DNA of 64,000 nucleotides from Azolla caroliniana. Taxonomy: Eukaryota > Plantae > Polypodiophyta. A program made the translations under genes and the position numbers. Of the stretch, positions 22,247 through 33,875 are shown in pieces. The DNA is taken from NCBI GenBank assembly GCA_043228905.1, contig JBHGNT010000005.1:1984001-2048000 (forward strand), written 5' to 3'. The first letter of the stretch is position 1, and every line of letters begins with the position of its first letter. Below the pieces are notes generated by a model. The model was not told the DNA's origin. It saw only the letters and a list, made by a program, of their open reading frames with translations, and did no database searches.

Positions 22247-24577
22247 TCACACATTATGACCACAATTGTCAGCACTAATATGGTTTACTCTGGTGATATC
22301 AACTTCGTTTTTCCTACATCCTTTTTGCATGCTTGTAGCTGCATACATATTCACCATATGCATATAAGCTACGCCATGAGTATCATTGAGTTGTACTGCC
22401 TTTTCAAAAGCCAATCTCCCAAGTTTGACATTATCCCATTTTTGGCATGCACCTAACAAAGCACACCAGAGTGGATAGTCGGAAGTTGGCATCTCTTTAG
22501 TCAACACCATCGCCTCATCAAAGTGTCCTACCCGACAGAAAAGATCAACCATGCATGTGTAGTGTTGAATGTCAGGTGTGATTCCATACCTTTTTTTCAT
22601 ATCTTCAAAATGATATTTACCCTCATTCACATAACCTGAATGACTACATGCATTCAGCACGCACAAAAATGTGACCGCATCCGGCGAGATTTGACCCTCA
22701 AGTTGCATTTTCTTGAAAGAATCTAGTGCTTTTTTAGCATGGCCCTTTTCAGCATATCCCGATATCAAAGCATTCCAAGAGATCACATCTACAACTGAAA
22801 GATCATTGAATGCCTTTTGTGCTCTTTCTAGCTCACCACATTTAGCATACATGTCCACCAAAGCATTCCCAAGCTCAATATTGCCTTCTAACAGCCTCTT
22901 AGTCATGATTTCATTGTGAATTTCTATGCCCTTATCAACAGCTCCTACACTGCCACAGGCCTTTAATAAACTTACAAAGGTGATTGCATCCGGAGAAAGA
23001 CCATCATTTTGCATTTGTTCAAAAAGATTTAATGCTTCCCGACCAAATCTATGTTGGGAATATCCTGAAATTAGTGCATTCCAAGAAGCCACATCCCGAA
23101 CCGGAAGCCCCATGAGCACTTTCTGTGCTTTTCCTACTTGACCACATTTGGCATACATATCCACCAAAGCTGTATCTAGTTCGAGAACTTTACCGATCAA
23201 TCTTTCACTTACAATTTCACTGTGAATTTGCTCACCTGTGTGTGAAGCCCCTGTGCTTGAACACGCCTTCAATATGCAAATGAAGGTGATTGTATTTGGC
23301 AAGAAGTGATCACACTGCATCCTCTTGAAACAAGTTATAGCTTTGCTTCCTTCCCCTTGCTGAACATATCCAGCAATCAAAACATTCCACGATACAATGT
23401 CACGAACAGAAAGCTCATCAAACACTTCCTGCGCTTTTCCTAGCTCACCACATTTTGCATACATATCCACCAAAGCATTGCCAAGCTCGACATGCTTGTT
23501 TAAGCATTTCATATGGATAATCTCATGGTGGATTTGTTTCCCCATATCTATTCCACATGCCTTCAAGATGCAAGTAAAAGTGATGGCATTTGGGCAAAAA
23601 CCATCTCTTCGCATCTGTTTGAAACACTTCAATGCACCTTCATTGTGTCCATGCTGAGCATATCCTGAGATCAATGCATTCCATGAGACCAAATCTTGAA
23701 AAGGAAGTTCATCAAACACTCGTTGAGCTTTTTCCAAATCATCACATTTGGCATACATGTCAACAAGAGCATTCCCAAGAATAACATTCTCTTCCAATAA
23801 ACTTTTACAAATGATCTCATCATGGATTTGTTTACCCTGATGAATTTCCCCAAGGGCACCACATGCTTTCAAGACACAAGTAAACGTCACAGTGTCAGGA
23901 AATATGCCCTCACACTGCATCACTTCTAAACATTTCAACGCATCCTTGCCGCGCTGATATTGGACATAACCTGAAATGAGGGCATTCCAAGATACCACAT
24001 CACGAACAGGAAGCTCTTCAAGCACATTTTCTGCCTTTCCTAATTCATCACATTTAGCATACATATCCACCAAAGCAGTGCCTAAAACAATGTTTTTTCC
24101 CAGTATTTCTTTGTCAATGATTGTTTTGTGAATTTTTCGACCCATATCGATATCTATGACGCTACCACATGCTTTCAAAGCACATACAAAAGTGATCAGA
24201 TCGGGAGCAATGCCATCATTTTGCATATGTTCGAAAAAAACGAGAGCTTGTCGGCCCTTTCCCTTTTTAGTATATCCACCAATAATAGCACACCATGAGA
24301 CAACATCTCGGACCTGAAGCTCCATAAACACTTGATATGCTTTCTCCAATGCACCACATTTGGCATATATACTAATCAAAGCACTCCCTAAATAGGGATT
24401 TTTGTCAAGTAATCCTTTCTCTTTTAGATTATCATGTATATTAATAACTTTATTCAAGTCTTTCTCTTTTGCACAACCTTTGAGTAAAGCCATGTAATCC
24501 ATACCTTGTTTATAAGCATACTTGTTAATGGGATCTTTGACATTCTTATACAGGTGCTGAGCTCTTGCTAAGATCAT
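22247..24577 (-). CDS. PLS-class PPR protein, E subgroup, no DYW domain (PPR gene 3); close paralogue of gene 1
   Basis: 776-aa ORF with six P motifs, LNACSHSG and E1/E2 (WCALLGACQKWDNVKLGRLAF...AYMHMVNMYA). Shares the DYPLWC junction and the YK...Y.ALLK.CAK.KDL leader with gene 1. Confidence 0.95.
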   Translation of the reverse strand: MILARAQHLYKNVKDPINKYAYKQGMDYMALLKGCAKEKDLNKVINIHDNLKEKGLLDKNPYLGSALISIYAKCGALEKAYQVFMELQVRDVVSWCAIIGGYTKKGKGRQALVFFEHMQNDGIAPDLITFVCALKACGSVIDIDMGRKIHKTIIDKEILGKNIVLGTALVDMYAKCDELGKAENVLEELPVRDVVSWNALISGYVQYQRGKDALKCLEVMQCEGIFPDTVTFTCVLKACGALGEIHQGKQIHDEIICKSLLEENVILGNALVDMYAKCDDLEKAQRVFDELPFQDLVSWNALISGYAQHGHNEGALKCFKQMRRDGFCPNAITFTCILKACGIDMGKQIHHEIIHMKCLNKHVELGNALVDMYAKCGELGKAQEVFDELSVRDIVSWNVLIAGYVQQGEGSKAITCFKRMQCDHFLPNTITFICILKACSSTGASHTGEQIHSEIVSERLIGKVLELDTALVDMYAKCGQVGKAQKVLMGLPVRDVASWNALISGYSQHRFGREALNLFEQMQNDGLSPDAITFVSLLKACGSVGAVDKGIEIHNEIMTKRLLEGNIELGNALVDMYAKCGELERAQKAFNDLSVVDVISWNALISGYAEKGHAKKALDSFKKMQLEGQISPDAVTFLCVLNACSHSGYVNEGKYHFEDMKKRYGITPDIQHYTCMVDLFCRVGHFDEAMVLTKEMPTSDYPLWCALLGACQKWDNVKLGRLAFEKAVQLNDTHGVAYMHMVNMYAATSMQKGCRKNEVDITRVNHISADNCGHNV

Positions 24578-24700
24578 GACTCCTCTTCTGATTAGTTATT
24601 CATAGCTCCAAGAAGGTTTGCTGGAGAACAATCAAAGCACAAGAAATTTTAAATTTGTGTATGTGGAGTTATGCCATTGTGATGGGTCTCTGTATGCGTC
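24578..24700 (-). pseudogene. Decayed PDF-motif remnant in frame upstream of PPR gene 3
   Basis: In frame with the CDS from 24688: DPSQWHNSTYTNLKFLVL*LFSSKPSWSYE*LIRRGV-M. This parallels gene 1 DPSQW...CLHGLQNPCWVYQELSRRRS-M. Confidence 0.65.
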
Positions 24701-24860
24701 TCCATCTCTGTGGGGAAGGAAGGAAGCCGATTTTGCTGGCTATGGAGTACTCTGTTGGTCCTAGGAAACCATCTTCATCATCTGTCATCCTGACGTACAC
24801 AAATGTAACCCTCATAAGTTGGCCACTCATTAGCATTCTTGGGTTGATTGATTAGTTAGT

Positions 24861-25135
24861 TAATCAACCTCTTAATCGCTAATTAGGGGATTAGCTAATC
24901 AACCTCTTAAGAGAGAATTAGGGGATTAGCTAATTAACCTCTTAATAGCTAATTAGGGGATTAGCTAATCAACCTCTTAAGAGAGAATTAGGGGATAAGC
25001 TAATTAACCTCTTAATAGCTAATTAGGGGATTAGCTAATCAACCTCTTAAGAGAGAATTAGGGGATTAGCTAATTAACCTCTTAATAGCTAATTAGGGGA
25101 TTAGCTAATCAACATCTTAATAGCTAATTAGGGGG
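24861..25135. repeat. 35-bp minisatellite, ~8 units, with a 70-bp higher-order dimer
   Basis: Units start at 24861, 24896, 24931, 24966, 25001, 25036, 25071 and 25106. They alternate TAATTAACCTCTTAATAGCTAATTAGGGGATTAGC and TAATCAACCTCTTAAGAGAGAATTAGGGGATTAGC. Confidence 0.97.
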
Positions 25136-26769
25136 AGTAGTAATTGTTGTCCGCCACAGATCCGAGAAATCCATTCCCTTGATCTCGCACACACCACACC
25201 ATTGGTCAGCGTATCAAAGCTCCCCATGCCTAGAGTTGTCTACAAGGAGAGGGATGAATCTTAAGGATGATTGAGAGGGATGTATCGCAAGAGTTAGTTT
25301 AGAATTGAGAGGGATGTATCCCTTTTACATTCGTGTTTTCCCTTTGTAATTATGATGGCCTTTACTTTCGCGTTTTGTGTCCTTTGGCCCCATGGAAAAT
25401 GATCGATTGATCTAACTAGTTGATGGTGGAGAGCCTAGGTGGCAAATCTCCTCCATTCAGACTCCAATGCTTAGATGTAGTGCAATGGAAGTTCATAATG
25501 AGATTCTTCAACATTTTCAAGTGCCCTTTTTTACTCAAGAGTATGAGGATTGTGTTTCCCAACAAATGATATCTGCATCAAGGAATTATTGTTTCCTTTG
25601 ACTCAATAGAGACCACATAATTGCCTTGGATCTAGAATGCACCTTCGGATTTGGTTGTGCCCAACGTAACTTTATGTCAACAAACGGATATATGTATCTT
25701 AAGCAAATGAACATCAATGAGAGAGGCCATATATTTAAGTTTTTAACCATTAAGCCAATGATTTCAACAAGTAAAGTTGCTTGACATTTAGTTATGCATA
25801 TGACGATGGCCATTCAAAACACGATATGCTTTCCTGAGGTAGATGCATAAGTTTGGACAAACAATTCATTAACCCAGTCCTAATTCTGAAATTGGAGATC
25901 CCTATGATTATCAAGTCATGGTTCTCCACCATGGATTTGTTGGATTATTCCCCCCTTAAAGACCACTTTCATTTAGACCTGAGGCACTAGTACTACCGTA
26001 GAGGAAACAAAGAAAAAATGTTTTTGTCTAATGAGAATTCTTGCACTTCTTAAAGCCTTTCACAAGTGAGGAGAGAAGTAAACTTACTAGCCATCAACCT
26101 CACAAAATTTGTGACTTGGGTCCTTGACATATTGTACACCAATTCCTACAAATGTGTATACTTTCGTGTCATGAGAAAAACAATAATCTAATTTGAATTA
26201 ACTTTTAAGTCTTAACTAATGACCCATTTATCGTAGTAGTGTTGCCTTTCTTGGGTTCCCATTGGGGTTATTATCCACCATAAATAGAACGTGTTTATTT
26301 TATAGGTCTCAACTTATTCCTATCCACTTGTATTTGTTGCGACTTGGCATCCATGTTGTGGACATTTGCATTGCTTCCTGTTTGCTCCTCATTGTGTTGC
26401 ATCATCTCTACCGTGTGCAAGAATATAATGTTTCATGTGTTGTTGATTGAATCTATTTGCTCTATTGTATCCCTTGTTTTTACAATACCAAATTAGGTCC
26501 TACATAAGCGTGTGTGGTTTCTTGTGTTTTATTTATCCATGTTTGAAACCTACAATTTCAAGTGCTTTTTATTCACAACTGAGATGATTCCTTAGATTTT
26601 TTGTGTTTGCAATAATTCTATTAATAAACGTATTAGAAAAAAACTACATCGATACCACAACTAAAGAAAGTTAGTCTAATCTTATTTTGAATTAAGGGAA
26701 TGGAAAATAGCTAACCTTGTTATGAATTAAGTGAATGACATACTAACCATTGTAAATCTTTTAATGGCC

Positions 26770-27314
26770 AGTGCCTATTGCAATTATGCCAGGTGCAAGG
26801 CACAATCAAGTGGGGAAATGTATGTTGGTTATCATGGCAGGCCCGAGTTGACAGGTACGAGCATCAGGAGGAGGGGATGACTTTGGTGATAAAAGCACAA
26901 GAGGTTTTCTTTTCCACCATCGACAATATCCACTCTACTCCTATTAATGCCAAATCTCAAGTTGTGTTGGAATTGGTCAGCTCAATAACTCTTTGGATTC
27001 TATGGACATCGATGTAGATGGGTCTTCTCCAACCAAACCGCGCATCCAGTAATGTTAACGCAAGAGATATGGAGTGAAGTTGTAGCCACTCTAAAGAACC
27101 AATACGATGGCCTCAAGGGCGGCTCCGATGGAGTTGAAAGACAACAACTAGCCTTCATCCAACAATGGTCGTCCTCTCCCTTTCTTGAGACAGTGGGCAT
27201 CCACATAAGATGAAATTATCGCGTCCCTACAGGGATTTGTATATAATACTCTTATCTGTACAATTTTATAACTAATGGAAGGATTTTTTTTTTTGGAAAT
27301 AAAATAAAAATAAA
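26770..27314 (+). mobile_element. 5'-truncated LINE (ORF2 C-terminus, 3' UTR, A-rich tail) with 16-bp TSD
   Basis: TSD AAATCTTTTAATGGCC at 26754-26769 and 27315-27330, with an A-rich tail. Translation ELVSSITLWILW...EIWSEVVATLKNQY parallels the LINE at 52771. Confidence 0.88.
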
Positions 27315-30300
27315 AAATCTTTTAATGGCCTATAAGATGTAACCCTCAACAACATTACTATACATTTATGAAACCTTAGGTTTTGAAGCTTAAAATTGTT
27401 TTCACATTTAACATTAGTTCACATGATCGTTCAGAGGTACATTCTTCCTTATCCCTACCCCATTGTGTGTGTTTGGCAAATAGAAACCATTACCATTATT
27501 TATATGTAAGAAATTACGTACATTTTTGTTAATGCTCTTTAGCGCCATATTTCCCCAAAGCATTTCACATGCTAGCATTCCATATTGAAATAATATAAGT
27601 TATTCATAAGAGAATTTAGTTTGTGAATAGAAATAAGCAATAGATTGCCTCGCAATTGTAGTCATCATATCTACATTATGGAAACTAAGACTATGAGGTA
27701 TGTTTACATATGTAAGTGCACAACCATGAGTTTGAATAAATTCACACTTTCATATCCAAATTATGGCATTCATTATGAATTGCTTTTGTAACTATGCATT
27801 CTTGTGAAGTTAAGATCATGTTAATGGTTTAGACCATAGTTGAGTAGAGACTTTGCAAATGATAAACTCATTTAAAGTGTGCATGCAAATTACCATTCAT
27901 TTCTTCTACACCAATGTTGCGACAACTTGGGAATTGATCATATGAAAAAACATTGTAGATTATTCATCAAATATAATTAGCCTTAACCTTGCTTGAATAT
28001 TTGGAAAATGGATTAAACCGTCGAGCCCCTAAATGTTTGTACGGGAGACCAAGGTTAGGATATGATGTTTGCCTACCCATCCAAAGATCTCAAAAGTGTC
28101 TCAAGTCATGTCGAGTTTATTATAAAATCGGAACATTCAAAATTAAATTGCATGTCCTTACGGCATGGAAATTTTTATGATTAATGTCAATGCAATGGTA
28201 AATCATTTAAATGATCATATAAACATATTGTGTCAACATGTGTTAAAAGCTTTAAAGTTATTAATTGCTAGTAGAACTACTAGCTTCCAAGTTCTATAAC
28301 TCCGATGCATGTTGGCAGTTGCCACTTTAATCTTTTCCGCTTACTCTTAGCTTTAGCACGGAAATGTGTTTGAACTTACTTCTATCTTGTTTTCTAAATA
28401 TCCCCCCTTGTTCTCAACAAGAGCATAGAAAAGTTTTTACCTCTATTGAGTCTTAAAGATTGCTAACGTTCAAAGTTACATTTTAATAGATTTATAGCTT
28501 TTATTGCTATATCTCAATTATATCATACTTGCACAATGATAAAGAGTATTCATAACAATGGATGCCCCATGAAATGTATAGGATGCATGTTAAGGATTCA
28601 ATTGTAACAAAAGCCATCAACATTATAATAATAATGATTTGAACTAAGGCATAAGTGAAAGTATTACCTTGATGATCACAATTCACAACTATCAATTAAA
28701 TTTAAAGCACATGATAATGTCAAGGTTAAACTTATGCTTTTTTATCTTAAGGTTGTGGATCCAATTGTAAAGAAATGGGTTACACTCATTATAAACACAT
28801 TCATATAATGACTTTGATATCGTGTCAATAAATTTGACACTTGACCAAAAAAATGGCTTTACAAATTTATTTTCCATGAGTCGACAGTTGAAAAACATCA
28901 CAATGGGTTATAAAAGGCAATGTTACCATACACAAATCCAATCCCTCATTGACTTTGGCATTCACCTTGTTGGTAAGTTTGATGGAAATGCACCATACCT
29001 TTCAAAATCAAGGATGGTAAAACCACAAACTTCATCAATCCAAAAGGAACACATGGTACAATTGGACTCTTATCTTTAAAAACTTGTCTAAATAGTACAA
29101 TTATAGTTGCTTTCATGCGATATATTTATAACCTCGGAAAATATTGCATTTTGTTCTAGATCATTAAATGCTTAATAGAATTAGTAGATGAATCCGGTGC
29201 GATTTGATATATCGTATAATATTGTAAGTAAACGAAACTCTGCGACAACTAAGTTATGAAAGATGCATATATTCATAACGTTGATGAAGGTATGTTAAGG
29301 TTAGATATTGCTTCTTAGTAGCAACACATGTGAGAGTGCTTTCAATAAAAAAGGTACTCGTTTGGTGGCTGACTACATTGTTAGTTAGATGTTATTACTA
29401 AGAGACATAGAATTTGATGCCCTATAATATCCAACTTCAAATCACACTAAAAAGCCTCCAATCACATGCAACTTCAAATATAGTGATTGTAAAAGGCCAC
29501 TCATTGATTTTGAATGTTTTGCATTAAGGGGAATACTAATAAGTTTCAACATCACTTGAAACCGAAATTTCGAAATGTACGCTTGGCTTTTCGCAGCAAT
29601 ATTCACTCATGTGACCTCACACTTCCGCAAAATACGCCTTTCCCTTGGGTGAAAGCCTTTACACATTATTGGGATCAAAAAGTTTGAAAGGTGCAACAAA
29701 GACATGTAAACTCTTTAACCCATGTCCTAGAGAGATGCATGATTGTGACAAGTTGAGCTAATAATTTAACTTTAAACTAAAATCTCACAAACGGAGACAT
29801 GTAAAACCCTTGTCCTAGAGGGATGTGCGATCATGACAACTTGACACAATAATTTGATCTAAAGCATTCTAGACAAGTTGCATGTTTTTTTTATGCATGA
29901 ACATGATAAACAATAAGAATCTATGATAACCAAACTTACCCAAATCAATGCTCATTTCTTAATGTGATATTGGTTGCATGTTGTACACTGCTACAAAGAT
30001 ACTTGGCTCCAAAAATATAATCACCAACCTCAAGAAACAAGAGCCACACAAGGAATCGGATACATGGTCAAGAGTGTAGAGGCTTCTAGCACGAATCTGG
30101 TTTAGGATGGCCCTTGATCCTTAGGGCATGTGACAATAGGGATTGAACAATGAATCTAGCGATGCATTTGTAAGTTGCATCTACACAAAACCAATCATGA
30201 TCACATCAAGAGAATAGATTATTAGTCTATTTTAGCTTGTGAAGAAATGGGTAGATTCTGGTTTGGGGTTCTCCATATTGTGTCATGAAGTACACCATTG

Positions 30301-30520
30301 CAATAGATCAAATATGAAATTGGCAGAAAAGTGGCCACTATTTTGTGTGGCTTGTAAAGTGTACGCCTCAAAAAAAGAATAAGTATCAATGTTTACAAAA
30401 TAAGTTTGATATATTATTAAAATTTATCCATGTTATGTTTGTTAATAGGTATCCTATGTTTCTCGAAATTGACCCGCTTGAACTCAAAATTTTAGAGGAA
30501 TAGTAAAGTTAAAACAAATG

Positions 30521-30524
<4 letters not shown>

Positions 30525-30574
<50 letters not shown>
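30525..30574. repeat. (GA)n microsatellite
   Basis: Perfect GA run of about 50 nt. Confidence 0.95.
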
Positions 30575-30579
<5 letters not shown>

Positions 30580-31004
30580 AGAATGACAATATTTAACACC
30601 TTGGGAGGCCAAAAACATCACTGATCTAAAGGACTCCAAAATGGCTTGCAAAATGTGGCTCTTGTATTTACTTAAGGTCAATCTTATACTTAATAGAGTA
30701 TTGCTCCCAAAGACATGGGGGTTGGTATGCTTGATTTAGCAAAATTGTGTGAGGTTGGTTTTATGCAATAATCGATAGAGTGAATCATTGGAAGGTGGCC
30801 CTAAATGCTTCACATTGTATAGTGAGATGGTCTTTGGTATCTTGATTAGGGTAGTATATTATTGCAATTTCATGTGACTTGTTCTGTCCAACTTCCATTC
30901 TCAAATAGGCTAACTCTCCCCACATAATATTCCATGGGGATGAGAAAAATTGGTGGATTTGGTTGGATGAGTTATGTTAGTTCCTTGTATGTGTTGCATA
31001 TATG

Positions 31005-31235
31005 TTCGTTTTTTGTTTTTTTTCAAAAAAGAATATCCTTCCATTAGATAAGAAAACCAAGTTTGCTACAACATACAAAGTATGTGGAAAGAAAGCCAAG
31101 ATACCTCCTAAAGCCCTCTTGTAAAATTCAATGGGCAACCATAGATCTTTCCCTAAAGAGGCTAAGGAGATGGATCTATATACATCCCGACTTACAACGG
31201 AGAACAACCAACAAAGGGGGGTAAACTGCTAGATC
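31005..31235 (-). mobile_element. Short LINE 3'-end fragment
   Basis: Minus strand ends ATACTTTGTATGTTGTAGC...CTAATGGAAGGATATTCTTTTTTG followed by an A-rich tail, like the other LINE ends in the window. Confidence 0.65.
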
Positions 31236-31309
31236 ATCTTACAATCTACTCATTAAAAAAAAATGTAGAATCCATGTGTAACAATACTATCATTTTGTCT
31301 TTTATCCAA

Positions 31310-31530
31310 ATCAGAGAAAAGCCCATGCTTTGTATTTGTTCAAATGAATCGAGTGCTTTGTGACCTTGTCCATGTTGTCCAGCACTTCCTTGGTTGTTCC
31401 AAACCTACCACCTTTGTCATACATGTTCATCGAAGCATTGCCCAATACCATTATATCATTATCCACAAGAGCCATATCCGGTTTTCCCTTGTCAATAGCT
31501 TCTACACTTCCACAAGCCTTTGCTATGGCA
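31310..31530 (-). pseudogene. Heavily deleted PLS-PPR pseudogene fragment
   Basis: Minus strand reads AKACGSVEAIDKGK...VLGNASMNMYDKGGRFGTTKEVL. After a frameshift it reads AGQHGQGHKALDSFEQIQSMGFS. These are remains of L, S and P motifs and are absent from the ORF track. Confidence 0.8.
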
Positions 31531-33012
31531 AGCTAGGAGACCACATGTAAAGGAAAAAACAATCTCCAACATGTAAAAACAAGTCCATTTTATCATGATT
31601 GCATTCCAAATGGCCACCAACTAATTCCAATGTCTGAAGTCAAGCAATGTCTTCCGATGACAACAACACATTTGGCTTGAGTTGTTGTGTCTTAAAACCA
31701 TTGAAAATCTCCAAGCTTCAAAACTTGTATTGTCGTTGACCCTCAAGAAAAAGCTTCCAAATCCACACCATCAACACTCATAAAACAAAAAAGAAAAGAA
31801 AAGAAAATGCGTGTACTCTCCCATTGTGAAGTATGCTTCAACCCCCGCCAACCTCATGACTCATCCTTATCAAACAAGAATCTGTTTTACATATATGTTC
31901 GTATTGCAATATTCTAGTCTTGGAATCATTGTTCCATTTGGCTTATTACATCTATAAGGCATCATTCGATGCTCACATGGAACATTTTAGAGATAGATAG
32001 CTCAAAAGTTGTTTGCTTGACTAGAACCAAGTTTTTTACTTTTATAGGTCTTTTGTGATTTGGTTCTAGCATCTTGAGCATGGATTGATCGGTGATGCAT
32101 GTACATATCCTTTACTTTTACCACATAGTTGTGAACTCTCATCAAACCCTATAGGTTTATATGTTTGACCCTTGTTTCTGGGAGCATTACTTCCATGGCA
32201 TGACTACATTGACTCTACAATTGAACATCATGGAAAGAGATTGTTATTGTCCTTAAAGGTCAATCAGGATCTATGAGGACCTATTGTTAAATATTTTCAC
32301 AAATGTTCAAAAAATTCTACTAACAAACATTGCAATTGAGTGTGCACATTGTAATTGAGAGACAAATGTGTTAAAGGATAAGCCAAGTTGAAAAGGTGGC
32401 AAAGGGAAGCTCTAAAAGGTGATCGAATGTAGTGCATTACATAATTCATTATGTACACTAATGAACTGTTTGGGACAAATCCCCTCACTAGTGCCCCCCA
32501 ATGCCTCATCTCACATCGAAGAGAATGTGAGTTGAATCATATGGAACCAAGGGTGCGGATGGTTGTAAGATGCAATATATATCGGGCGAATGAATGTGTT
32601 TTTAGCTATTAAGAAGTGGTTTCATTGTTTGGCGTAATATAATATGTGAAGTATCACCAAAGTGTCAAATATGTAATTTTTGAGGACACAACATTTGCTT
32701 TCTCCTCCACTATGTCGCTTAGAATTGCATATACAAAATTAATCCCCCCTTACCAACTTCAACAAATCAACAATGAATAAATAGCACATTCATTCCATCT
32801 ATGATTGGGACATGGATAGATAGATCGATATTTAATGTCCATTAGAGATCCAACGCAATCTACGGGATGGGGATCATCCAACTTTATGAATTTGATGAGG
32901 GATCGAGAGTGAAATGAAGCAAATTGGAGAACTAGGGGTTGTTTGAGATGGTTGTAACTTGTAATGAAGTGCATGGAGAGCACGAGGGTCCTCATTCATG
33001 TAAGTTTGAGAA

Positions 33013-33611
33013 AGCTTATTTGATTTGAGGCCATGCATGACCTTTGGATTTATAGCCCTAGTACCATAGAAAGAGAAAAAGGCAAAAGATGCCTCAAGTT
33101 TAATATAATACATGCCTAGTCTCTTCTTATTGAAGCTCCCTTAAAAGTTAACAACATGCAAAATCAAACATTAAACTCCTCTTAAAATCTAAGGGAACCT
33201 CAAATAATTTAATCAAACACCCAACTATTGCATCATTAATTCCACTCCTTTACTCATCCAATTGATTACCAACATTAAATCCGATCGAAATTAATCTCTC
33301 CTTAATCGTCCAATCGGCAATACCATTCTCAAGCTTCTTTGATTTGAGGTCATGACCATTGGATGTATTGCCCCATTACCATAAAGAGAGAAGAAGAAAA
33401 AAGATGCCTCGAGTTTAATATAATACATCCTAGGTTCTTCTTAATGAAACTCCGTTAACAACATGCGAAATGAAACATTAAACTCCTCTTTAAAATCTAA
33501 GGGAACCTCAAATCATCTAATCCAATTGATTACCAACATCGTCACATCATTAAATCCGATTGAAATTAACGTCTCCTTAATCGTCGAATCGACAATACCA
33601 TTCTCAAACTT
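33013..33611. repeat. Diverged ~300-bp tandem duplication downstream of the AR781-like gene
   Basis: AAGCTT.TTTGATTTGAGG...AAGATGCCTC.AGTTTAATATAATACAT...AAAATCTAAGGGAACCTCAAAT...CAATACCATTCTCAA occurs twice, with indels. Confidence 0.9.
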
Positions 33612-33875
33612 ACTCCCACCCCCCCTTAACCATCTAATCAACCACCACATAGCATCCCTTGATCCGCATGAGCACTAATCTCACCTGTAATTAAGATCTA
33701 TTTCGACACACATTAAACCCTAAAACAACATCATCGACACACACGCAATAATTCGGGGTCTAAATATTATATGAAATGATGAATGGGTTCAAATAAGTGG
33801 GGAAAGGACAATAATATAGTTACATATAAGAAGAGGAAGAGATTCTGGTTTTTTTTTAACAGAAAATGATTTTAG

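Noticed and set aside
24861-25135. Palindromic 35-bp repeats as a CRISPR array
   Set aside because: Units are head-to-tail with no unique spacers, there are no cas genes, and the context is plant nuclear DNA.
30090-30135. TTAGGATGGCCCTTG resembling U6 snRNA
   Set aside because: The match is too short and lacks the ACAGAGA box and flanking similarity.
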